Shown: one piece after another, positions 1-11,785 of the stretch
Position numbering within the stretch: position 1 is the stretch's first letter
How the letters are laid out: each line of letters opens with the position of its first letter
The notes under the pieces: generated by a model
Databases searched by the model: none
What the model saw: only the letters and a program-made list of their open reading frames with translations
Told to the model about the DNA's origin: nothing
Source: Phoronis australis
Taxonomy: Eukaryota > Animalia > Phoronida
DNA length: 64,000 nucleotides
Assembly (NCBI GenBank): GCA_002633005.1
Contig: NMRA01000780.1
Span: forward strand, 87,209-151,208
Direction of reading: 5' to 3'
Made by a program: the position numbers and the translations under genes

Positions 1-47
1 TAAAATTATTGAACTGTAGTTAGGGCCGTAAAGTAATAAAATCTTAC

Positions 48-240
48 GTTTTTCATAATTTGATGGCAAATCACCATTTTCTTTCGTCGTTGTCTGCCCG
101 AAATTTTCGCGCTGAAAGCAAGGTCGGGTGGTGACTTCACGAGTTTTAACATGTTGTTCAGGATACTAAACCCTGATGTAATGATTTCAACCAACCCTCC
201 TTCTGTCACCTGCTCTACAGACGTCATCATTGAAGCCAAT
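48..240 (-). CDS. Candidate internal exon of a gene continuing off the left edge
   Basis: Acceptor CTTTTATCTTTCAAG and donor AAC|GTAAGA bracket an open frame LASMMTSVEQVTEGGLVEIITSGFSILNNMLK... Confidence 0.3.
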
Positions 241-1407
241 CTTGAAAGATAAAAGCAGTAATCAACTAAAAACTCACACCACGCCCTATTTCACAAATTA
301 TGGTCCTTAGTGAGTGTCTGTAATTCGCTAATTCACGACAGCCTGTTTAGCAGACTTTGAAAATGAGAGGAGTTTTCAAAAAATTCTCCATACTTGAAGG
401 CTTGGAGAGTGGTTTCCCACATTTGCCGTGCAATTCGCTAAAATCGTACATGTAAGTCACGCTTGCCCGTTTAGCAGACACTGAAAGGAGTTTTCAAGAA
501 TTTCTCTTTTGAGTGTTGTCGATGGTTACACAGCATCGTTTTGTTTCAGAGAGCTGGACGGACAGTCGTTTTATAGCTTTTAATAGGCCAAAACCGGCCG
601 GATTTGGTATCCTTTTACAGCGTATTCAAAGAAACAGCTTGTAATTAACAGAATGGATTTAAAATCAGCCAGCAGAGAGAGTTTCGGGATCGATTGCTCG
701 CTGGGGCCTGATTTCACTTCTTCTCGATTGTCACTCACTCAGTGTTACAACTGTTCTTTGGTGCCAGCTAAACTGATGCCATGGCAAAAACTTCCCGTTT
801 GCGTAAATCAGCTTTTGACGAAAGCGCTCACGCAGTGTTTTTCCCGCATGACGATTCGCAGGCAAATTATCTTGGGTCTACCACCGTTCAAAGAGTAAAT
901 AAAACGAAATACATACTTCATTAACGATACCCAAAAACCGAAACATAACACACCTAGTTTGGGTTTGACAAATTTTATCGTATTTTGTCGGGTAAAACTG
1001 GCCCTATATAACTTAGGTTTACACTTGGAATTACATTTCAAAGGCCAAACATTTCGACAAGTCAACACCTTTAGCCAAATCAGATTTTTCAACCAGTGTT
1101 TCACTAGCATGAAGCCATTGCTCCGATCCACACGAAAGGACCTTAGGTCAGCGTTCCCGATAAATTGGCTTCTTGAAAACAGTGTTTTATATACAAATCT
1201 AATGCAATGAAGGTGTTCTAATGCAATTCTGTAAATTGTATGCACACAATACATCTTTGCGTAACCTCAACCCCTCTCATCCCTACTGTATGTGTCGTTG
1301 AGTGTGCGGGCTTCTGAAATACGTGTCTTCCATGGTTCTGTCTGCCAGCACTGAGAATGGTTTTAGGTTCACTGAGCAAACGAAACGTTTGTTTGATATT
1401 GATATTG

Positions 1408-1482
1408 CATGGATGGCACAGCACTGAAATAAGTGGGAGCTATAGTCCCCCCCCGCCAGCCCACTATGGTGCGCCGCCCATC
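1408..1482. mobile_element. Degenerate copy of the CATGGGCGGCGC MITE family
   Basis: Ends GTGCGCCGCCCAT; internal CAGCACTGAAA and TATAGTCCCCCCC resemble the reverse complement of the other copies; TSD eroded. Confidence 0.55.
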
Positions 1483-1644
1483 GGTTGACCATTTGGCCAG
1501 AAACCCCGGTAATAAANCAGCAGCGATTTGATCCGCAATGATTCACCGCTCCCAGACACGTAACCGGTCAGTGAAGAAGTATTTACACGAACGCGCGCGA
1601 CAGTGAGTTGTAAAACCGAACGGCATTGGCTAAGAGTAAGCACT

Positions 1645-1775
1645 AAATTACGAGCGTAATTTTACGCCGTAAAGAATTGAATTACGCTCGTAATTTTACG
1701 GCGTAATTAACGGCGTAAATAACGGCGTAAATAACGGCGTAATGTACATAATTACGCTCGTATTTTTACGGCGAC
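1645..1775. repeat. Array of short palindromic TTACG(N)CGTAA-type units
   Basis: AATTACGAGCGTAATT, TTACGCCGTAA, TTACGCTCGTAA, and repeated (TAA)CGGCGTAAA. Confidence 0.8.
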
Positions 1776-4700
1776 ACTTCCCCCCCAACGGCCCATGATA
1801 AATACGTGGCCATGGCGTCTCTCGAAAACGTTAGCCTTGAGACTGGGAGACAGCTAAGGAAAATTTCGTCAGCTTTATACGAGTCCTGTGTGACATTTGT
1901 ACAATATACATACACCGACCTCTCAATATTTGATTATTGAGAAAATACAATATTGCATAATGTCTACCATATCAAGCAGATTGTTTATTCCATCTTCTCC
2001 AGGCAACGGATGATGATGTCCTTATTTTGTTTTTGCAATCAGGTCGCTATGCAGCTCAACAATTAAACGTGTTTAAGCGACTTCGTCGCAGGTTTTCCGG
2101 AGGTTGGCAAAATATTATGAGCTTTTCCAGCGGCTCACGCTTCGTTGCTGTAAATGAAAACAGAGACCAACACAAATAACTTTCACAAAAGTCTTCCGCT
2201 GCTCTTCTTGTCAACGCGTTGCTGGGCTCCTCACCTCAATCGATATCTGCCCTCTGTTACCAATAAAACAACAACACTCCCATTGTTGTTCTGCAAACAT
2301 CCCACTCATAATTCACTGTCGATATAAATAGTCTATTAAATTACGCACGCATCCTTGACCATCGTTCACAAGTAAATATATAGATGTTAATGGTTGCCAA
2401 TCTCCCTGAGGTAGAACCTTAAGTTTAGTCATTGGCCGACAAAGCAACTCCCTCGACATTGGGACGATTCTGACTGCTCCATTAAATCGAACAATAGGGA
2501 TTTCACTTCGACTCTTGTCATCTTTCATATTTATTGATAGAACAACTTCCGATTTACTAAAGGTGCTTTCACCTTTAATGTCTGAACAACAAAGACGACA
2601 CAAAGCAAACATACGTGTTTTGATAGCCTAATATAGCCAGTGTGAGATATTTGAAAATTTTCAACAACTTTTAAAAGGGACATCCAGGACCAGTCAGATG
2701 GTTCAGCCGGTTTACCCGGCATAACTAGCGAAGACAAGTGCAGCCAATGTCTACAAAATCATACCATCTGTAAAAGTATTTGAAGCCCATCAGTGCAGTA
2801 ACACGACTTCGGGAGTCGGTCAAAATAGAACTGACGTATAACTTAGAAGTGGAGATTTTGATCTCAAAGCAACGGTTAGGCTCCACCCAGTGACTAGAAC
2901 AAAACACTAGCGTGAAATACATTGTTATCGGCCTGTTTAAGTTACTAAAATCGAAAACCGAACGAGGCCTTTAATCTCATATATTCAGTCTCGTGATCCC
3001 GTGAGGTCACACTATTTCCGGCCTACCAACAAGAACATCGAGAGCATCAGCTACTCAAGAAAGTGCTTCTGCGCTTACAGGGGTCGGCCAAACACAACAT
3101 TTTGAATTAAAAAAATGACACATATAGTGCACATGCACCCATTGCTTATGACTTGAATTGTCGGCTCATTCTGCAATCAGTCAAGATGGATCGGATGCGC
3201 ATCATAATGTTTTTAAACGCCAATGTGTAAGAATTCAACATTGACAGTTAAACAGCGTCAAGATGTCTCTTTAAACTACCTTAGAAAACTAAGAAATATC
3301 ATGGTATAACAAACTGACGCGTCCGACGCTGCGCGAATTTGGCATACGATTTTTCTTGTCATTGAGATCCAGAGTTTAATTATAACGAATACCGCTTAGA
3401 AGAATATACAAACAATGCCAATAAACACACCGTAAGAACGCTTTTTGGCATTTAAACCATTAGCGTGAAGATTAGATTTCGTGAAGATTAGATTTATTAT
3501 GCAAACAACGATTATTCAAAATTTAATGTCTAATGGTCGAATCTCCCGTTAATTATTGAATTGGATTGGGGCTGATTAATGCCCTGCGTCATCATAAACT
3601 CGATATTGACGGTCAAATAACACTCCGTGTTATTTGTGAGATGAGAAAAAATAACTAGTTTTAAAGAGTTTCAACAGATGTTCACTGCGGGAAACGAACT
3701 TATATAAAACAAACGAGCAAATGTATGCCGTGTAAGAAAGTGTTTTAAGTCCTGTATCTTACAGATTGCTCATTTTGAGTGTTTTGTTGGCAGAAATACA
3801 ATAAAAAGGAAGGAAACTTCGTTTTCTTTACTGGGAAGTTTCTTTGCGAGACATCATATTTTTGTAAACAAGTCATCAAGTTGGAATGCAAGAATGCATT
3901 CAGAAATATTTCCCGGGAATATGTTTAAAGCCCCGATTTTTCCCTCGGATGTGAACGTTATCTGCGCATGTGAGACACAGCCAATCAGTTTTTAGTTTGA
4001 AAATCACGGGACAAGTATAACTGAAGTTCCCACCAGTTCACGGATGACGCTCCCCTCCAATACTCTATGTGATGAGATATCTCAGTGACGTGTGTTCCAT
4101 AGCGCGTGGCGAGATTGTTGCGAAAACGCAAGACGCCATGAATTACAAGCAAAACGCGTGATTACCGATTCTTTCGTTTACGAAACTTTAGCACCCTATT
4201 CAGTTTACAATCACAACAATTCACGGTTCCTAGTCAGTTTTAACCGATACCTCCAATCATTTAATGATTTCAACCAGTACATACTTAGCTTAAATGTAAT
4301 CACCGTTGACCTAATTAGCATATCGCATCAGTATTGACCTTACTACCTTCTTGTGCGATGAACGGTGAAATAGACTACAGGAAAAATGATGACACTAAAA
4401 AATATTCATGCGTAAAACAGTACATTGAGTTTATTATATGTATGACTCGCTGTCGCCGATCCCAATGTGTGTATTTGAAAAGGTGTTTGTATATAGCTCA
4501 TTGTGGTCAATACCATTGGTGTCACGAACCTAGTTGTTCTGACAGGCACAGCTATTTTTCTAAGTCGTTTGTTTCCCAAGTTAGAAATGAGAAAAATTTA
4601 AGTCAACGGTGTATCCAAATAAAGATCGCAACATTTTATCGGTGGAGTGATATGTAAATATGAGCGACATCAACAACAATATATGTATGCCGGATCGTCT

Positions 4701-4794
4701 AGGAGACAGATGTTCTCGCCTCACTGGTGAAATGTCCACTTTTTCTCGAGTCCTGACATAGTCGCGTTTCGGTTACCGCGGGTTCACTACTCAG

Positions 4795-4934
4795 CATGGG
4801 CGGCGCGCCATAGGGGACTGGGGGGCTACCGCTCACATTTTCATTGCTGCGCCCCCCATGATCTATGGCCAGTGCAATACAGCGGGGCTGGAGGGCTGTA
4901 GCTTTCTACTTTTTTCAGGGCTGCGCCGCCCATG
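4795..4934. mobile_element. Non-autonomous DNA transposon (MITE), TIR CATGGGCGGCGC, 5-bp TSD CTCAG
   Basis: 12-bp perfect terminal inverted repeats flanked on both sides by CTCAG. Confidence 0.8.
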
Positions 4935-4984
4935 CTCAGTGTCAGAACAGTTGAACCTGTCCATCAACTTAAATGGTGGCTAAC

Positions 4985-5137
4985 CAGGGGCGGATCCAGG
5001 ACTTTGAGTTAGGGGGGGCCAGAGTTGAGTATGAGCCAGGATTTTGCCCGTCCGACATTTGCACCCTGGAACTGCCAAATGGAATCTGGGAGAATAGGGG
5101 GCCACGGTCCCTTGGCCCCCCTCTAAATCCGCCACTG
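4985..5137. mobile_element. MITE, TIR CAG(G/T)GGCGGAT, 5-bp TSD CTAAC
   Basis: CAGGGGCGGATCC...AATCCGCCACTG flanked by CTAAC on both sides. Confidence 0.8.
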
Positions 5138-5560
5138 CTAACTAGTCATGCATGAACTGATATATAGAAAACGGAGGTAATACTCTGTTGATATGAAGGT
5201 TTTGTGTAGGCCTCTAAACGGTCAACTCAAGCCATGAGGAGCATCTACATGACGCCTTTTGTTGTTACGACGTGTCTCAGTGGCGCTACTTTCACTACCG
5301 CTAACTTGACTCCCTGGTGAGTTAACAAAACATTTCTTAACAATTGATTGAACCTTTTATCACAACAACATTTCTTCTCATTGTCCTTAATATTTGATCA
5401 GGTTTGTTGTGGAGAATGCGTATCTATGTACCTGGTTGTCAAGAGCGACTAAATTGATTAATGTGCTTGGATACAACCAAGGTGTCACATTAGTTGCTGG
5501 TGACCGACCGCAGATAGTCCTGTTTTACTCAATCTCAAAAAATTTGCTAATACAACCAGG

Positions 5561-5626
5561 ATGTCTGAAGATCAAGGCCCCGATATGATCAACAGGGACC
5601 CAAATAACCTGAACGATAATGTCAAG
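5561..5626 (+). CDS. Caveolin paralog A, coding exon 1
   Basis: MSEDQGPDMINRDPNNLNDNVK carries the caveolin 'NRDPxxLN' motif; donor AAG|GTATGT at 5627, phase 0, joins 6442. Confidence 0.9.
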
Positions 5627-6441
5627 GTATGTGAGTGCTACGTATCGAAGGAGTCTAAACGATTTTTTGTTGATGAAAAGTCTCACGCTGTCACAACTGG
5701 TTCATCCGGCGTTTATAAATCTCTAAAATTGCATAGGGATTTGATATTAATCCTTTTATTACAGATAATGGAAATATAGTTTAGTTTTTTAGAGCGTCAA
5801 GCTGTCGATGACTACTAATGTGTGTACGGAACAGGAAGTGTTTCCATGTAAACGACCATTGTTTACAGCAGAAATTTATATTTCAAATTGTCGACTTAAA
5901 GGGACATTCTCGTCGAGAAAAGTAATTCTACAGAAATTAGGACTAGTGGTTAGTAACTTGAAGAAGTCTGCTCCATCCAATGATAATCCTAAAAATGCGT
6001 TTTTCGGTAAAACCTATAATGTCCCTTAAAAATGTCGAGGTAAAAACAGGAGCCCATTCCGTAAACGTAAGACATTCGCGAGAGAGTTACGGCGAGAGAT
6101 ATTCTCTTGTCAAACGGAAATATACCTTGAAAATTGCTTTCTGTTGCTCCCGCAATTCAACATTCTACCTTTGTCGGCGTTGAACCATTTCAGTGGAGGC
6201 TATTTTTTAATTTACGCGAATCATTCCCAGCGTTATTGACGCCAACTCGAGCTTTACGCACGCGTTATTTTTCTCTGTATTGCGTGATATTTCTGATCGT
6301 TGTCTTACCTATCTCCTCATTTGAAAATTGTAGTTTAAACTTATGAGTGAGCACGCGTCCAATGTCATAGTCAGTGAACCACGATGAACTTTGCATTGAC
6401 CTGAGACTATTTTCTTATCCACGATGTTCTTTTGTTCACAG

Positions 6442-6774
6442 GTCCTATTTGATGATGTTATCGGTGAACCCGAAGGGGCGCACAGTATCGACTGCGTGTG
6501 GCAGAATGCTTATAAATGTTTCAATGGCGGAAAGAAATGCTGCTATCTGTTCCTGACGGTCTTGTGCGGACTACCTATGGCATTGTGTTGGGGTTGTGAG
6601 TTCGCCTGCATCACCTTTGCACACGTCTGGCAGATCACGCCGTGTTTGCGATCATTCCACATCTGTTGTGACTGCGGGCAGAGGTTCTTTCAGACGGCCC
6701 TCAGTTGCTGCTTGGCTCCCTGCTGCGAGACAATTGGTCTGGTCTTTTCCAAGGTTGCCGTCACCCAATCATAG
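6442..6774 (+). CDS. Caveolin paralog A, coding exon 2 (132-aa protein in total)
   Basis: Acceptor TTTGTTCACAG; VLFDDVIGEPEGAHSIDCVW matches the caveolin signature FEDVIAEP plus the HS-D-VW scaffold; hydrophobic hairpin; TAG stop. Confidence 0.93.
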   Translation, partial: VLFDDVIGEPEGAHSIDCVWQNAYKCFNGGKKCCYLFLTVLCGLPMALCWGCEFACITFAHVWQITPCLRSFHICCDCGQRFFQTALSCCLAPCCETIGLVFSKVAVTQS

Positions 6775-9585
6775 GCTGTTTGATACCACGTCCCACCAAC
6801 ACATTGTCTACAGAGGATATTCAAATTTTTACTACGCTTTATTTTGTTTCCTGTGCCATCAAACGGTTAGACCCCGCGTGGCTATCAATAAACTTGAGAA
6901 AGGCTCAAAACTAATGTTGGTCGTAAAAGTCTGCGTGTCAACTTAACTTGATTTCGAATTACACATGTATCTCAGCCTCGAACCCATTATTTTGTCCAGG
7001 GTGTCGACCTCAAATGTGCCTCTGGATCCGCGCTTGAGTCTGTGTGGTGGCGTTTTAGTATTGTACTCTTGCCGTGAAATAGAGTCATAGGCAGCTATAT
7101 GATACATACACGAACTGTACATTGGATGCTCGTTTTAGTATTTAATATAGTAGATATAGTATAATCATTGCACAATGAATATTGATATTTGTAACTACAC
7201 GTCTTGCCGCTGTACAGATTAACAAGTTGAGTGATTTAATTTGTTTTTACATTCGCAAATGTAAATGTTTGTTGTGATAGTTCTAATACAAGGCTCAGTG
7301 TTTTTGTAAATTGTTTCTCATTGTTTCTCGGAAACTCGGTGTGCCGAAGACTATGGACAAAAAAGGAAATGTGAAGAACTCACAACAGACAGAAATGTGT
7401 TTGTTGCAACCCTAATTACAGTCACCGACACATGCATACTTAGTCTGGAAACAGCTGCAGTGTGCAACTACATGTATATTTATTTTTTCACGGTGCAACT
7501 ACATGTTTGGTATTTGCTTTGAAGTTCACTTTCTTCATACAAGTACAAAGGTATACAACAAAACAGAAAATACACCACAAATGAATATTGAACATACAAC
7601 ACGGGAACAACAACACCTATTGACTTATTTCTACACAATTTCGCGTACAATGTTTTGGCATGGCCTCATGTTATGGGAGCAAGCTGTTTCAAACAGTTGT
7701 AAACACGTAACGCAACACGAACGGTGTTTATGAATGGAGTGTTGTTGCAGATGTCATGAATTTCAAGTTGGCATTATGGGAAATGGATTTGCAAACCGAA
7801 TATTGGGCTTAAAGGTCCATTTGTGGCATTTTGAATGATTTTGCAATGAACAAAATTTTAAACGTTTTGTCTATGTCGACTTGTTAGAAAACTGATTGTC
7901 TTCCTAAAAACTCTTTGAAGCGACGATGTGGTAACGTCATTTCTAAAATATATTGCCTCTTCACATCAATCTATCCTATTTACATTGGCACTAGGTTTCG
8001 GTCCGGATCATTTCTCCGGTCATTACTTTCGGTGGTGCAGTGGTTAGAGTTCTGGACTGACAATTTAAAGGCCGTTTTTTTGTTTGTTCAATCCCAGATT
8101 GCGTCAATAAACAGGAATAAAAATGCTCACCACTGACCACCACGAGTGTACCACACACCTGTGTTCAGTTACCTGAAGACGGTCGGAGAAATGGTTGACC
8201 GAAACGTCATGCTAGTAAACAGGTTAGACGTTAGAGTAATAGATTTTAGAAATCAGCAGGCAGGTTAGATACAACTACAAATGGACCCATCTCGAGGGCG
8301 ATATCAGCTCATCGATCGAGAGAGAAAAATCCCGTGGCTTGCCGGGTTTGTTTTCTCACGTGAACCGTAAAAACGTTCTTTTTGCCGAAGAACTCGACGT
8401 GTCTAAAACTTTTTGTCACATGACCAGGAATGTATCACGACACGACTGGTAAATAAGACCGAGTATGCAATCTTTTTTGATAGCATATGGGCAAACCACA
8501 AAGTAGTGCAAACTAGAAATTCGTAAGCCCTTACATTTTATCATCTGCAAAACACTGAAACAACCAAACGCGCGACAACCGGAATTCCGAGAGGGTGACA
8601 TGGTTACGATTGACAAATCGGGTGTCGCAACTGTACCTACTGTACTCCAGTCGGAAGGACATATAAACAACTTCTTAAATGCATGGGCTCACCCAGAGGG
8701 ACTCGGGAGGGCTCGAACGAGCCCCCCCCCCCAATTTGGCGAATTGGGCAAAAAGGTCCGCCTCAGCGAAACAAAAAATCCGAGTAAACGAGACAAAAGT
8801 CCACAAAGTGCACAGGAATCTGCGCGGATGCACAATTCGTAGGCCTGAACCAAGTGGCCACGTTTTTTATTTTTTAGTCCTCGTTGATTTTTGTCAGTAA
8901 AAGGTCCGCATATCGAAAAATTCGAGCCCCCCCCACTATATTTTAGGCTGGATGCGCGCATATTACAAGTCGTCACGATCAAAACAAATTATTTTGCAGT
9001 GCGTTTCTCGACTCAGCTACATTGACCCGTCAGGCCTGAACCACGTGATGCTTACTATCGACAAAGGTACTATGTGGTAACTACAAAGTCTTTGCTATCG
9101 ACACATTATTGAGGAGAGGGATAAAAATCAATTACACTCGTATTGGTGGTGTCTTGACCGCTTTGGAAGGACGAAAAGAATTTCTGCACTACCTTGAGAA
9201 TCGATAGAATCTTTTGTTATCTTACGCATGTATGAGTTTCAGAAGAATACCACCCTATCTGTAGCAACGCAGCGTGGGATCATTTAAACCTTCGTCATCC
9301 AATCAAAAATCCGTGAACCACTTGGCAGTCATGTTGTATCCAATGGCGTCAACTGATCTGTATCCAGTCCACAATGGATGTCATGGAGATTTCCGTAACC
9401 ATGGGACCACGTGCCATCCGGGCATTGTTTACCTTGAGTTGTTACAACAATAGTTTTGCGGATGCAATAAATAACATATGTCTTTGTAATGATCCCATTG
9501 GTAAAGTTTCAGCTAATTGTACAAGGGTGCAGCCTACCTGGCAGACGAATTGTTAAATTTTATTTGACCGAACAAGTGATTGAAA

Positions 9586-9657
9586 ATGGGAGATACCTCA
9601 GACGCCGGTCCTGATATGGTGAACAGGGATCCAAATGATCTTAACTCCAATGTTAAG
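9586..9657 (+). CDS. Caveolin paralog B, coding exon 1
   Basis: MGDTSDAGPDMVNRDPNDLNSNVK, homologous to paralog A exon 1; donor AAG|GTAACG, phase 0. Confidence 0.9.
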
Positions 9658-11455
9658 GTAACGTTGATTGTTGAAATGCATTGTGAATAAGATTTAATTA
9701 AATAGATAATTAAAGTTAGGGGTTTTGAGCATTGTCAACATGCTTACAAATACGTTTTACCTGCTTTCTGCCAGTAATACTGTACATTAAGATGAAAAAT
9801 TACCTGATTATCTTTCTCGGTATTACCAACTTCAGTTACACATCATTAATTTTTAATGTTTTCGACTTGGAAACAAAAAATTGACACAGACGGTTTGAGT
9901 CAACGTGTGACAGGTTTTGATTAGAATAACGTTAGCGCAAGACCTCTGAAAGTATATTGTAAGAAACTTTCCGGTGCGGCGGTCAATCGTTAACACTGCA
10001 TCACACTGCTGTCGAAATAAATAAAATAAAAGGGGAAAAGTTACCAATCTGAAAATTTTTAACAAATTTCTTTAAAAGCGAATTTCATAGAAACAACATA
10101 TTTTTCAAACCGGAAGCCGTGACGTTTTGACCAAGTCGCGTGATACAATAACTGACGTGTCTGATATTGCTATTGCATAAGTTCAAGAACTTTTTTCTGG
10201 CATCATCAAAGAGTTGTTGCTCTACATGGTCCAAGGTTGTGACTAAAAATTGGTGAGCGTCTTGATCGAAAACGGTTCTCACAAATCCGAATACATGTAC
10301 TCGGTCCAGCTGGCATTGCCTGGATTTGCTCATGATGCCAGAATTTCAGATTTGAAAAATTGCAATTTTTATTAATTGAAATTTCATAGAAAGGGTTTTA
10401 AATGCTTTTACAATATGCAAACTATGAAATTTGGTCAAAAACGATTTCAAAAAGCCAAGTCCCCCACTTTCATAGTACAGCAACTAGTGCCGATATCCGC
10501 CTTGCACAACACAGTGCAGTTTTGCACTTCATATCGACTCTGACAGCTTCAAAAACAGTACCAGTTGTCAATTTAATCAAGTATTCTCAAAGACATTTGT
10601 CAACGAATTTTCTTAAAAATTAATTTCTCTTGATGCTTTTCGATCGAACACCATCACCATCATTTTTGTCGTTGTCGCAGTCATCATCATCATTATCATT
10701 AGCAGCAGCAGCACTCGTCATCTTCAGGTCAATTATCCGTCAGTTGCTACAACAATAACAACATGTAAATCAAGGATTATACCCTCGCTCGTCATAACTA
10801 TTATCATCTCAATTGTGCCCCCAAATCCTGTTAAAATGGCTCTCAGCACATTTCAGACTTAAGAATTCCGTTTACGAAGGTGTACTTAGCTGACGCTTTC
10901 GTAAAACTATCCCAAAAAATCACCATGTACTTCGTTATTTGTCGAGAAGTGAGTGAAACATGTCCACTAGATATGAATGACCGCCAGGGGGTCCCAGTAA
11001 CCATGCACGCACATTAGAAACAGTGAACAAGGAAAATCCTAATCAATTTTCCACTCGATCGATTTAACGATTGCCATTCATTCGAACCTAGTTAACATCC
11101 CATCAACCATACTTTTACATCATAGTCGGTCACACGTGACTAATAATGTTTCTGGTGTAATAAAAGTATCGAAAATTCAAACTTAACTTTTAAGACCGAA
11201 AGTATCTTGAATCTATCCGTTGCTTGGCCTGCTGAATAATCACGGAATTTTGATTTTAGTCTATCGTCTCCCCTTCGTAAACAAGCGAATATTTGACGGA
11301 TGTAGTCTAAATTTGTACTTTATTCCCGAAAGACTTCCTTGCTCAATGGTTTACATGTATTGGTCAGGTCTGCAAAAATAATGCTGTTATTGTGTATGTT
11401 TGCATGTGTCAGAAGACCTAAACATGGGATGTACTGGGATTTTATTTATTTGCAG

Positions 11456-11785
11456 GTATTGTTTGAAGATGTGATCGGTGAACCTGAGGGAGCTCACAGT
11501 ATCGACTGTGTCTGGCAGAACGCCTACAAATGCTTCACCGGCGGCAAGAAATGTTGCTATCTTTTTTTGACAGTCCTGTGCGGACTTCCCTTGGCGCTGT
11601 GTTGGGGATGTGAGTTCGCCTGCATCACTTTTGCTCACGTCTGGTCGATCACGCCGTGTATGCGATCATTCAACATCTGTTGTGAATGCGGGCAGAAGTT
11701 CTTTCAAACCATGCTGGAGTGTTTCTTGGCGCCGTGTTGTGAAACTATCGGCCTCGCTTTCTCCAAGATCAAGGTCAGCCAATAA
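11456..11785 (+). CDS. Caveolin paralog B, coding exon 2 (133-aa protein in total)
   Basis: Acceptor TTTATTTGCAG; VLFEDVIGEPEGAHSIDCVW signature; closely similar to paralog A; TAA stop. Confidence 0.93.
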   Translation, partial: VLFEDVIGEPEGAHSIDCVWQNAYKCFTGGKKCCYLFLTVLCGLPLALCWGCEFACITFAHVWSITPCMRSFNICCECGQKFFQTMLECFLAPCCETIGLAFSKIKVSQ

